DNA of 57,616 nucleotides, filler included, from Porpidia crustulata (Eukaryota): NCBI GenBank assembly GCA_964255105.1. It is 3 parts of 3 records of this genome, joined end to end, with 100 filler letters (N's around TTAATTAATTAA, not from the genome) between each part and the next. Parts side by side here need not be neighbours in the genome. Positions count along the whole stretch, not along the records: positions 19,282 to 38,446 come from CAXUWE010000150.1; positions 38,547 to 57,616 come from CAXUWE010000152.1; 1 more part is not named here. One strand, written 5' to 3'. The notes under the pieces are model-generated. The model was not told the origin of the DNA. It searched no databases and saw only the letters and a list, made by a program, of their open reading frames with translations. Position 1 is the stretch's first letter, and each line of letters opens with the position of its first letter. Shown here piece after piece: positions 36,358 through 48,072 of the stretch. The translations under genes and the position numbers were made by a program.

Positions 36358-38010
36358 ATGCCGCGCGGTTTGATAGACCTGCAGTTGCCAAAGCTGGTAG
36401 AAGCTGCTAAAAAGCAAGAGGAGGACATGATTTTGGACTTTCCAGACTCGCCGAATATGGGACATGCATTGCGGAACTCGCAGTTGTCGATATCGTCGGA
36501 ATTGCCTTCACCAAGTTCCCCAACCTTCTCTACTCGAGGTCACTCGAGGTTTCCAAGTTCAAACTCGTCAATTGGCTCGAACCCATCGCCAATGCTGCGC
36601 GAGTCAATGGATGGTTATGGCACACCAAAAAGGCCACTGACCGAGGTGAAGGAGGAACCGCAAGAGAGAGACGAGGATCAGACGCATAATGTAATTGACC
36701 ATGGTCAAGATAAAAGTAACGATATCATAAAACTACGTCTAGTATTCTGCTAACCCAGCTTGTTAGATGAATATTCCACAAGACCCATGGAAGCCGACTT
36801 CAGACTTCCTGCCGCTGAGACTCTACCTTACCCCTCAGATTATTCTCTGGCCGACAATATTCAGCCAGACTCTGACTTTGCGTCGATCCATTCCGCCAAG
36901 AGGCGCCGAGGCGACTTCAACTTCAACACCTTGGGTTCGCGCTTCGGCTCCAGACTACCCTCGTTCTCCCGTAAATGGAGGCACAGGCAGGCTGGGAATA
37001 CGATATCAATTGCTGATACCCTGGAGCAACCGAGGCTGTCCCGCGCCAATTCAACTCGTGCGCCTTCACGTACTGGATCAATCGTGGAGCTTCCCGAGCC
37101 TCTGGATCCCCAGCTCCCGCCGACCCCAGCCAGGAGCGTGTCTGGTAAAACCGTTGAAGACTCCCCAACATTCCCGATTGACTTTCAAAAGGCCAACACT
37201 CCTACTGAAGAGTTTGAAGTGGAAGGCCAGACTGCGACAACACCTCTTCTTCCTCCCATCATGACCGAATTTCCATCCCATCTCAAAGAGGTCCCCTATC
37301 AGTCACCCCTCCAATCACCGTCTGTGGCAGACCCCGAATCCGCCTACTCTATCCATACACCTATCATGGGTCCTCAAGTCGGAGGTCTACCATCGCCCCC
37401 TCTTTCCGCAAAACCCTCAATGGCTTCATTTCACCGCCAACGGGGTTTAACGATGCCGTCGGCTGATTATTCACCTACGTCAAACCCCGACCCCAATGAT
37501 CAATGGGCAAATAAACTAGGGCATGCCAATTTCACGATCCATCCAGAGCCCTACCTGCCACAGCATTTCGACATGTCAGCTTGTAAGCAGTTACGTATAG
37601 ACTGGGACATTGCCCGTTGTAAATTTATGAAGCATCTCATGCGCACTGGGGAGAATTGGGGTGCCACTTCCAAAACCTACAAACTTACGGAGGAAAAGTG
37701 GGCGGAAATTGACGGCGTCTGGAAATGTAACAGCGACCTTTGCATTTCCCGAACGGCCGATAATGGATTTGAAACTGCACTTTCTAGGTGCCAAAATTCC
37801 GTCGCCGAGCCTGCGCCATTGATAAAGTTGCCTTCTCTCAACGGACCGAAAAGCGAAGGGAAATTCCCCAAGCTTGGTGACGAAGATATTGTCGGACCGA
37901 TGGAGAAAGCCGTACAGGTACCGCAACCGCGGTCGCCGAAAAAGACGGGCTTCTTCAAAATCTTCAACATTTTCGGCCGAGCCATCCGCGACCGAACTTT
38001 ATCGCTGTGA
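36358..38010 (+). CDS. Conserved Pro/Ser-rich filamentous-fungal protein of unknown function (exons about 36358-36715, 36767-38010)
   Basis: Two long ORFs can be joined by a 51-nt GTAACG...CTAAC...TTAG phase-1 intron. The low-complexity P/S body is followed by a globular-looking C-terminus (LGHANFTIHPEPY, GENWGATSKTYKLTEEKW, GKFPKLGDEDIVGPM) that I recognise from conserved fungal hypothetical proteins. Confidence 0.8.
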
Positions 38011-38446
38011 CTGCAGGAAACTTTCCTCGGGCGAGCTGTAAAAATATTAACTTTTGTACAAAAAAACATATGTTAATGCCATCACACGAAGAACGATATC
38101 AACGACCGCTACATCTCTATAAAAGTCTCACGACATTCCTTTGAACATATGACGAGGTTCTTTACGCCTCAAGTCCCATCACGATCCTTACTTTTAGTTT
38201 CCTTGTGTCTGATGGATTCAACAGACGGCGCTATCCGAGAGACGGTCTAATCCAAGAAACGGCCGTGCAGTTGATACCCTTCCTTAATATGTGGAATGGG
38301 TTGGACGGGTGCGGGCACAATGTACGATTTAGATTATTCAACACCATATCTGCCCGCAACGAGAGGGAATGGCCCATCTTGAGGTGGGAATCGAGGCGCA
38401 GAGGTTCCTTTGGGGCGCTGATGGGGTTCCGGGGATGAGTGGCTGT

Positions 38447-38546
38447 NNNNNNNNNNNNNNNNNNNNNNNNNNNNNNNNNNNNNNNNNNNNTTAATTAATT
38501 AANNNNNNNNNNNNNNNNNNNNNNNNNNNNNNNNNNNNNNNNNNNN
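38447..38546. other. Assembly gap / artificial spacer (N44-TTAATTAATTAA-N44)
   Basis: Same 100-nt structure as 19182-19281. Confidence 0.97.
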
Positions 38547-40146
38547 CCGTTGAGCTGCCCCCAGACCCTCCCCAAACGGCCCTCGAGGGGACCAATATCA
38601 GCAAGGATCCCCGTGTTTCGTCCAGTCCCAGGCAGTCAACGGTCCCAAGGAACAACTAAAGTGGAACCTGGCGTGAGGAGTTCGCAGATTTCGACCACGC
38701 GTTAGTGCAGGCGCTGAGGGTGATGCTGTGGAACGCTTTGCTGGGCACAGACAGGTCGAGTGAACTTCGTAAAGCGGACTCTCGTCTGAGACACTTCTCG
38801 ATCACATTCAGCACATGTCAAGGATGAGCACTTTGCCTCTGCGGTTATCGACGAATGTCTGAGCTTGATCGTCGGAAGCCGTTCCTGATTGTCTTGGTCA
38901 GCTAGGGAGCTCTGAAAGTCGAGTCGTTGGTGAGGGGAGGGGGTGGGTTTGTAACTACCTGCAGGATTATTGGCTTTGGCTAGATGGTGTCGCATTATTG
39001 CTAGCTGAGCTGGAACCCTCCTCCCGGATGCGAACCAACGCGCCGGTAAGGCCGCTTGAATAGCTAAATGCTGAAAAGGGACGATGCTTTCTCCCAGACG
39101 AAGCGAGAATGTGAGCAAAGAGCCACTGATTCGTCAAGAACGGGTATTGTTCACATGTCCCTCCTACTGCACTCCTACCACACACACCCACATTTTGCAC
39201 TTGCACAATTGCTTAGTGCAGGCATTATTACCAGACGATCTGGGGCCGTCCCGGGTTGTATCGCACTAGCAGGCCCTTGTGTATTCGTACAGTACGGTAT
39301 TCTCAGCACGCCCTTCGTTACCATGCTCCTCCCTCCACCAACCCAACACTCGCACGCCGGTGGGCTTCACATGTCTGGCACGCGCCTGAGACTTGGAAAT
39401 TCGGGCACTTGACCAGAGGGAGCTTTGTTCGAGGGTCAAAGTCCCCTTTGTCGCCCTGCAATCTCTGGGGTGACTTCGATTCAAGGTTGCGTGTCGGAAG
39501 GGTGTAGCCGGTGCAATAACTTGCGCAAGCGGTACCTTACCTAGGTACCTTAGTTGAGGAGTCAAAAAGCCGTTGTCAGAAATGAGGGAAGAAAAATTCT
39601 TATTATTGCTGGCCCACCTGCTCTAGCGGTTGCTTTGACATGTTTGAACAACCTCTCAAAGCCCGCCGGATTTGGAATCCGTTCAACCTTCTCCTGCCTC
39701 ACCGAGTCGGATCGTCGTCGGCTGTGGCTCACAACTATCTCTAACACCAACTTGCGTACACAACAGTACCTCGGGCTGCAGGTAAGGGAACACCATCAGC
39801 ATGACCCACCACTCTATGGACTGATGGTGACGCAGTTGTACGACACGCGACATTCAGGGCCAAAGAGCACGAGCAGACCCCATTGTGATAGCAGATTCCG
39901 ATACGCACTCTTGTATTTTGAATTTTTACTTTCTCACGAACTCAAGCCTGTCGAAGTTTCAAAAGGAAAGGCAGCGAAGTAACACTCACATGGCGATGTT
40001 TTACCATTATCTAATCTGAAAGGCACGGTTTACATTGGAGTCTTAGTTGTTATCCTCACATGCATCTGATTTTTACCTTAATATTATCGCCGTGACCATA
40101 CCGTATTCTATCATGACCATTTTTGCGTACACGTACCTCTCTACAT

Positions 40147-42499
40147 CTAACGCCCTGCGGCGAACTTGCTCGTGCCTCGTATTCTTTTGCCGTACAGGAA
40201 GAACAAGTACCTATCATCCTAGAGTCAGTATCTGCATCAGAATAGGGTAAAAGTATCCTGCGACACCATCCGCAACTTACGGGAAGGGCGCCATTGCTAA
40301 GGTCAGAAACGCAAGCAAAGTCGTTGCCCATTGATAACCTGTACACGGTTAGGATTGCCCAAGGCCGGGCTCTGCGAATCCACTCAATCGACAGGCCTAC
40401 CAAGCTTGTTGTACACTGCGAGTACCCGTAAGCAGCTGTCATCTGCACCAAGGTGCATAATGGTTGTGCAATGGAATAGTGGCTTCAAACTTACTCTGAT
40501 TGCCGAATAAGGGAAAGGCTGCTGCAAAGCTACTTCTGGCAAAGCTATTCGCCGCTAACGCGGATGCGGCATACAGTGGGTACGCATCGACCAGGAAGGT
40601 GAAGACTCCAGAGAAGACGAGGAGCATGCTGTGCATCAGCTTGTCAGCAAGATACCCATAATAATCCTCCGAATCCGATCTGGCTAGGAACAACTCACCC
40701 GCAGCCAAATATGGCACTCCCAATGATGGGAACGAGCCAAAAGATCGATGGATAAGTCGTCCACCCAAACCTGGCCGGGAAGTTAGAATTTTGAGTTTAT
40801 TCTGACGTTGGGACCCTCAAAGGTATGTTTACAGCAAAAGACCGATTGGACAAATGATCGCTCCAGCGATAGCGGGTGGTAGACGATATTCTGGCTCAGC
40901 GCCTCCGGCTTCGCCCCCGTTCTTCTGCCGATTCTGTACAAGCCGGACATAATTACGGTGCCACAGCGGTAGCGTCGCAATTGCAGCACAACTGCGTCAG
41001 AAGAAAGATCAGTGCGTTCATCGCATATTCTGGGATAGGGGAGATCTACATGCCAACGAAGAGACCGGTAAACGACAGTCCGGTCTGCCACAAATTGAAG
41101 TGATGGTTAGTTTCGAAGACGAGTTCAAACGCGCCAAAAAACAGGTAGAGCACCCCCAGGAGTACGGCTGAGAATATGCAAAGAAGCAAACACATGGGCT
41201 CTAGTGTCAATAACTGGAACGGCCGATAGCATGACCGCATGATGGTTTTCGGAATTGACCTCTCCATTTGCTCGATTGGCGCTTTCCAGTTGTCATTAAC
41301 AGTCTCTTTTCTCATTTTGGCTGCTTTGTGGCGTAGTACAACTGGATGATAGGTCTCTGGGACAAAAGCTGCAACCAATGCCAACATGGTTACTGACCAG
41401 ATAATGAGAACATAGAATGTCCAGCGCCTTTTTAGTCAGCATATCTGCAATACTCTTGGGGATAGTCGCAGATATGCGATCTTACCAATGAGCAAAGTAA
41501 TTGGTGAATCCCCCAACGATGGGACCGATGGGTGGACCAACAAAAGGACTCGCTGTCCCAGTTGCGCATCAGTCAAAAGACACTAGCGCTTGCAAGTACC
41601 GAATCAAGTGTTCTCATACCAGTGAAGATCATCATGGGTGCTTGCAGCTCATGACGTGCGAACATATCACCAACGGTACCTCCAGCGACACTAAGGAATG
41701 CACTTCCAGCAAGACCATCCAGGAAACGAGCGACAAGCATGGTTTGAATATTTGGTGCCACAGCGCAAGGTATTAGCCAAACGACAAAAAATGCCAAAGA
41801 CACAAGGTAGATGGGCCGGCGTCCGTAAAACTGGAGCAGTCAGTGCTGCTGCAGATGTGGATCCAGCTTTATTGGTGGGCAGACCTCTGACAAAGGCCCC
41901 AATACCATGGGGCCTATCCCAAGTCCCATAACGAAAAGACTTAGTCCCAGCGTCGCAACAAGTGGTGAACAGTGGAACTCCACGGTCATCTGCGGATATG
42001 TCAATGTGTACATTGATGAAGTGCAGGTGCTGCAGAAACATCAGCGGACGCTGTCCAAAGCGTGTGGAATGGCTCCAGCATACACGCAGGCCGAGCTGAA
42101 CGACACGATCCATACGACGAGCCATTTCCTTGCCTTGCTCATGCTTCGCGGATGCATGAGGTCGTTCTCTCCGTCCCAATGCACTTCGTATTCCGCCTTT
42201 GGCCGTCGCTCCCGCTCTTCCGAGTGCCTTTCGTCGTCTCCAAAGTATCTGAAGCCATACCCATCGCCGAACGTTCGCGAGCTCTTTGGGACCCTCCCCG
42301 TCTTTGAAACGGAGTTCAAGCCGAGACCGGCGGGGTCAAGGGCGGCTTCACCACTCGCGCTAGATTCGTGATGCTCCGAGGATTCCGTATCCTGCACGTG
42401 GTTCGCCGGAGGCTCGAGAGAAGTCTTTCCGATGTTGGGTAAGCTGCGGGAGGAATTGATGGAGGCTCTGAAGGTGGAGTCCGAACGTCTTGGGTCCAT
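40147..42499 (-). CDS. MFS drug:H+ antiporter (DHA1 family), multi-exon
   Basis: Motifs include VHWDGENDLMHPRSMSKARKW, LVARFLDGLAGSAFLSVAGGTVGDMF, VPETYHPV, RPFQLLTLEP, VFTFLVDAYPLYAASALAANSFARSSFAAAFPLFG and GYQWATTLLAFL. The final exon is YLFFLYGKRIRGTSKFAAGR* (stop at 40147-40149). The start is taken as MDPRRS at 42499. Confidence 0.92.
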
Positions 42500-43438
42500 G
42501 GTGGAATCTTGGACCGGGATTTTGCTGAGGAGGAAAAGGCCCTTTGCAACTATAACACGCCCGGTGTCTTGACATGCCAATTAGCTCACATCCAGCGTGT
42601 TCAGAAGGAAACGACTGACCCTACAGACAATTACGAAAGAATAGCCCTTAATACGTCATCGAGCACCAGGTGCAGGGCGTATATACAGAGGAAGAGCAAT
42701 CCCAAATAACATAGAAAGAGAGGATGCGCAACTCCCGGAAGTTTTTTGGGAGATAGAACTGTCACCCAGAGAACATTGGGATTGTGGACTAGCAGTGACC
42801 CGCACCGTGTTGCCATAATTATGATACCCCACTCAACATTTTCGAGATAGCCAGAAAACTGCCGCATTTTCCGTTTCCGGTAATGATGATGCGCCAGACG
42901 GCGTTCCTCACCACCGAGCTCGCTTACCGATCGCCGCATGACGTTCCGTCTGATTGGATCTCCGCGACTTCGACCACTCCCCAACAGCATTACAAACGAT
43001 TTATACAGAAATGTACTTTGATGGCGCGGATGGGAATAACATGATTTGTTCGTCACTGGCGATACGCGACTACCTATAGTACCACGATTGTCTAGGCTTT
43101 GCGAGTCAGAGGCGGACCTGCTCGCTGTTTGTACGACTCCTCTTGATACGAAAGGCTTAATAGCTGTATTGAATACCGCGGCTTCCTAGTGGGTGAATGA
43201 GGATTGTGTGATCACGACGCCAGAATTTGCGCGATTCAAGCTCTGGATCAGTACAGTACTCGAAATTTGCGGTACTGGGAGTTGCAACGGGTGAGATGTC
43301 GCATCTACGATCCCTTCTAGCCCAATTCTCCATTCACCTTCCTCCCATCGTTTTACATGGGAAATCTGTGATGTTACAGGATGTATCGATACACATGACT
43401 GCGTCCGCGGTAATTCTTTGCAACACTCCGCGTTCCGG

Positions 43439-44785
43439 CTATTCAGCGTCCAACGGCGCCACAGGCGGCGTATCGTCAACTTGTATCCCACCTCTCTTCT
43501 TCTCATGATTATCGAGGAACGGCAAATCCCACCCGCCCTCATTCCGCGGTGTTGCCAGCCACAATCGCATCAGCTGCCTCTTTGGTGCTGGAGGCGCATG
43601 GTCCGTGTACGCTGTCCTAGCATGAAAAACGTGTGTATCGGATAGAAATTGGATGTCGCCGACTTCGAGGATCATGTGCAGTGCGAGGCGATTGCACGTC
43701 TGCTCGAGAACTTCGGCGGCTTCGAGCTGCGCGGGCGACAGAGGCGGGATTACGCCCTTGTCTGAGAAGCGAGTGAGGGAGCGGATGTAGTACGGGTCCC
43801 ACCTAGAGAGGTCCATGTTAGTAACTACGCTGTGATCGTGAGCTGCGGAGGAAGCACTTCGTGTAGACTCGTCCCTGTCCGCCACATTCAACGTAAAAGA
43901 CGCTCGTCCGAATGTACGGCTCTTCGCCGTGGCTGACCTCGCCTTTGCGGTCAAAGTACCAAATCGGCTCCGTCAACGTTCTGAGTACATCCGGGCGCTC
44001 GTTTTTCAACACGTTGTACACGTTGTGCGCGGACGCAATGTCCGACTCGCCACCTTCGAGAGCCCGGGCAATGCACAGCAAGCCTACAAGGTCGGAACTG
44101 TCGGTATGGAAGAACTGTCTTTCGGATCATGAGCGAGTGGCGGAATAGAATTCTTCACTCCAGCCTACCGTGCGTTTGTTCTATAGATCCTGACTTTATC
44201 AATCTGTTTGGCGTCATCCCCGAGGTCTTTGACGTGGCCGAGAACATGACCCTTCCCATTCTGACTGACAAAGTACCCAAGGTAGGTACCAAGCCCCATG
44301 TATGCAATTGCAGATTTTTGATCTCCCCACTCATTGACCGGGAAACCTTTGAACAATATAAACCCCTTGCCATTGAGAAGCTCGGAGCGAACGGAACCCA
44401 ACAGTTGTGATAAGTACGGAAGTGGGAAGTTCTCCTACATGCTGTTCAGTTTGCTATTGTCTGTAGATTTCATCTGACCGACCTTGGATATCCCTATCAA
44501 CGGTATTCCAGCAGCTTTAAAGTCGTCAGCAGCTTCGCTCAGCTCTGCAATCTCTTTCTCCGTAAAATAATGGGTCCATCGCTCGGGATTATCTTTATAG
44601 TCTTCTGCCTTCCACAGTGTCGGGCCGTTGATCTCCTCTGGGAATTCTTCATACGGTCGAAGGTCTTTGTAGACTGGGCTGTGCTGCCCAGACGTCTTGA
44701 TGCCGTCGGGAAAGATATCTTTCCAGGGACGATTCTGAGCTGTGGAAGAAGTGCTTGGACGGACGTCAGTCAAACCCGGAGCCAT
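43439..44785 (-). CDS. TauD/TfdA (clavaminate synthase-like) 2-oxoglutarate/Fe(II)-dependent dioxygenase, 4 exons
   Basis: Motifs: ELLNGKGFILFKG, VSQNGKGHVLGHVKDLG, the facial-triad HxD in QFFHTDSSDLVGLLC, the distal His in HVFHARTAY, and the 2OG-binding RQLMRLWL. The start is MAPGL at 44785. Confidence 0.92.
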
Positions 44786-45330
44786 CCGGAATATCAAGAG
44801 CAGGTGAAGACTCAGGAAGAGAAATTCAATGTGAACTATGAGACAGAGCCAGCATGTTATACGTACTATGAGTGGATTGAACGAACGATCAGTCAAGAGA
44901 TAAGCAGTCAGTTTCCTCATCCGACGGAACAGCCCTAACGACGTACACCCAAGGATTCCTGAATTGACCCCATAGGTGGTTAACTGTGAAGAAATGAGAA
45001 TCTGAGAAGCTAATTGAACATGTGATCGAAAGCGAGTGAAGGGTTGTAGATCCGTCGATGGCGCAATTCGTGCCGTCGTGTCAGAATTGCTTCTAGACTG
45101 CGGGGAACCCGCCTTAGGCTTACCACTGATATAGATACCTTAAAGTATAACGGGCAAGACAGGTATGGGAAGGTATGTTACAGCAGACCATTAAAGCAGG
45201 TAGGTAAAGTACTCTAGCAGTACCTCAGTATTCGGTAAGGCTTGAGGTTGGAAATATAACGTACTAATTAACCAATATAATACGATCCATGGATTCTTAA
45301 AGTCCCACTATACGTGATTATAATCATATT

Positions 45331-48072
45331 CTATGCCAAGGTCTGAATGATTCTGCCAACGAGTCCGTCTAGTCCGACGCTACCTTTATCTCCTCGTTCA
45401 ACGGGAATGATAGGACTGGGCCCGCCCCCGTGCATGACCAAAACCTGACTCCCAATTTCAATCCACTCTCTAGAATTGATGAAGTGAATTGTCATTTCCG
45501 CTTGGATTGGTTCGTCCGGCCTTTGCGGTAGCTCAGCCCCACTACCATCGCTATCGCTGTCATCAAAATGAAACAATTCGTCTCCAAGAGCTTGGGCTGC
45601 TCTACGATCGACGAAGATGACTTTCGCCGATGCTCGAATGCTGGCAATGTATACGATGACGGTACTTCCAGGGAATATCGGGAAGCCTCTGCTTCGATCA
45701 AACCTTGCGACAAAGCCACGAGACGAAAGGCAAGATCGAGATTCAACATCTGTTAAGGCGGTCATCAGGACCATGCCCTTACGTACGCGCGAAGTCTTGA
45801 GCAGAGCAGAATCGTCTGCATTGAACCCACTTTCTTGAAATGTGATACCGATGGTGCCAACTTGATCAGCGAGAAGGTTCCGGACAGGAAGTCGCAGATT
45901 ACGGACGCTAACAATATGTATTTTCTGCCATTCATGGCACCCGCAATAGGCTGATGACCCCGGAGTCATAAGTCCAGAGAAGTCACCGGACGATGGTCTT
46001 TGGTGAACGCGCAAGGCTAGTGGTGATCGCGTGCTAGCTCTTTCCTGTCGTGGAAAGGAGCTTGCTCGGTCGCTCTCATTCAAGTGATTATTAGTATCTG
46101 TACTTTCTGAGGCAAAAGGACCAATCAATAGCTCATCTCCAACTGAAATCGCCCCACGTAGTAGGTAGCCACTGACTATAGTTCCACGGCTGGCTTTTTG
46201 ACCGCCAGAGAGGGACGACGTTTGGGCATGAGGCATTGTAAAGACTTCATCAATTTGAAATAGACTCCGAGGTTTAGAATTGTCGCTCTGTGTTGAAGAC
46301 GGAGAGCACCCCGATGTCTGGTTAAGACACGGCACAGGAACATGGCAAAGTAGCGCATGTAGCTTCCCAACGCCGCTCCCAGTCACTGCACTTGTCAATA
46401 TGATAGGTACCATCGAGTTCGCTTTACTCTTTGCCAGCATGACCAGTATTTCCTTGACCTCGTCCTCTTCGGTTTGAGCTACACATTGGAGCTGCGGATC
46501 CAGATCATCACCAGACGACGTAGACATGATAGCGGGTTGACGACCTGTGAGCTTTATTGTCGACAGTATTTTTGTGAGTGTTTGCCGCAAACCAGGTTTT
46601 GATGCAAGATCGAACTTAGTGATGACTACGATTAATGGAAGACCTAGCTCCAGACAGAGCTCTAGATGCGTTCTCGATAGATCCACCCCAACGCCTGCTG
46701 GTCCAAGTATTTCCCTGGCGGATGCAGTGGCACCGGTCTTGCCAGTCATGGGCTCATCATCGTCTGCTGCGACACAACATATTGTCCAGTGAGGTGCCCA
46801 TGAAACCAGTCCACGAATAGTTGTTCGGAGATATCTCGGGTGTCCAGCTGAATCTGTTAAAAAGACAAGCCGACCGGGTTCAGCTGCATTATGAATATCG
46901 TTCCAAGAAGCAACGTTACCGGATGCATAATTGACGACATTGATACGGGAACCCACTCTACCGTCATCTAATCCTACCTTTGTATAGCCGACCAGCTCTG
47001 GGGTTACTGAGCTAGTAGCACCCGTCGATATTTCGTGCCGATGCTTCAGCAGGCTCAGTCTACTTTTACCTCGGCCATTATCAAGCGTGGAGGTTGACAA
47101 AGTGCCTAGCAGGGAAGATTTACCAGACGTTGTACCTCCGGTCAGAGAAACGCGGAGCTGCTCCGTATGACATACAGATTCCTTCCAGTTAGCGCTGGCT
47201 GATCCAGGCTCGTTGGAAAAACGAATTGGTGTGGTCAACTCCTGGGCCGGCTGAGGCGTATTCTTTTGAGACCGAATATTAGGGACCACCAGGGCTTCTA
47301 CAACCCATAGATTTTCTTCGTGCAATGTACTTCCCGGAACATCCTTTCGTTGATCTTCTTCCATCCATTGGCAGCTGCCAACAACTATCACTCGGAGCAC
47401 ATTGACTACGCAACCTAGACTTGCAGCCATTGACCGAAGAGTTTGTAAGCTCTCATCAAGTTCATCCCTTGTAAGCCCAACGAGCGTGCCATCATCAGAG
47501 ACCCCAATCTCGTACAAAGCACCTTGGCTCCCTTCAATTCCAGGTAGTGGGTGGCCAGGATTACCTGAACCAGAGGCAGAGGACACTGTCGCCGCATCCG
47601 GCAATACAGGTACAATAAGATCGGCCTTTGACGAAGAATGGTAAGGCGATGACTGCTGCAGACGCCATAGTAGCTGCGTTGTTAGGTGCTGTAATCGATT
47701 CTGCCTTGATTGATTGCTTGGGGTGAAGGCAGGCGATACTTTTACCGGGCCGGGATCTGGTTCGACCTCCGAGCCCGGTACTTGGACCTTGGACTGATGT
47801 GATCCTGATACATGCTGTCCTGTCGTTGAGGCCGAAAAACTTCGCCGGGGCCTCAGCAACAAGTGCAACTTGTACTCCGTGGGGCCCAGCTGAGGCTCAG
47901 CTTTTAATTTAGTAACCCCGCAGTCAACCAAAAGTGCCGTGGGAGGCATTCCAATGTCGGCAAGACTTGACGGCCCAAACCTAGATGGAGGATCGGGCAC
48001 GGATGCAGGTGGTAGGAGCCATGGAGACGATACCCTAGGAGGGTCTGGGTCAAAAGTGAAGACGGAAGCCAT
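45331..48072 (-). CDS. GTPBP1/GTPBP2-like translational GTPase family protein (single exon, 913 aa)
   Basis: Motifs: ALYEIGVSDDG, G1 GGTTSGKSSLLG, LDNGRGKSRL..LKHRHEI.TG.TSS, G3 DSAGHPRY, G4 TKFD and SAVTGSG. The C-terminus looks like EF-Tu-type beta-barrels. Confidence 0.88.
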   Translation of the reverse strand: MASVFTFDPDPPRVSSPWLLPPASVPDPPSRFGPSSLADIGMPPTALLVDCGVTKLKAEPQLGPTEYKLHLLLRPRRSFSASTTGQHVSGSHQSKVQVPGSEVEPDPGPVKVSPAFTPSNQSRQNRLQHLTTQLLWRLQQSSPYHSSSKADLIVPVLPDAATVSSASGSGNPGHPLPGIEGSQGALYEIGVSDDGTLVGLTRDELDESLQTLRSMAASLGCVVNVLRVIVVGSCQWMEEDQRKDVPGSTLHEENLWVVEALVVPNIRSQKNTPQPAQELTTPIRFSNEPGSASANWKESVCHTEQLRVSLTGGTTSGKSSLLGTLSTSTLDNGRGKSRLSLLKHRHEISTGATSSVTPELVGYTKVGLDDGRVGSRINVVNYASGNVASWNDIHNAAEPGRLVFLTDSAGHPRYLRTTIRGLVSWAPHWTICCVAADDDEPMTGKTGATASAREILGPAGVGVDLSRTHLELCLELGLPLIVVITKFDLASKPGLRQTLTKILSTIKLTGRQPAIMSTSSGDDLDPQLQCVAQTEEDEVKEILVMLAKSKANSMVPIILTSAVTGSGVGKLHALLCHVPVPCLNQTSGCSPSSTQSDNSKPRSLFQIDEVFTMPHAQTSSLSGGQKASRGTIVSGYLLRGAISVGDELLIGPFASESTDTNNHLNESDRASSFPRQERASTRSPLALRVHQRPSSGDFSGLMTPGSSAYCGCHEWQKIHIVSVRNLRLPVRNLLADQVGTIGITFQESGFNADDSALLKTSRVRKGMVLMTALTDVESRSCLSSRGFVARFDRSRGFPIFPGSTVIVYIASIRASAKVIFVDRRAAQALGDELFHFDDSDSDGSGAELPQRPDEPIQAEMTIHFINSREWIEIGSQVLVMHGGGPSPIIPVERGDKGSVGLDGLVGRIIQTLA

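Noticed and set aside
38547..40100. Overlapping 60-140 aa ORFs after the second gap, and a weak inverted similarity of the gap flanks
   Set aside because: There is no domain signal, and the flank similarity is limited to G/C runs, too weak to call terminal inverted repeats.
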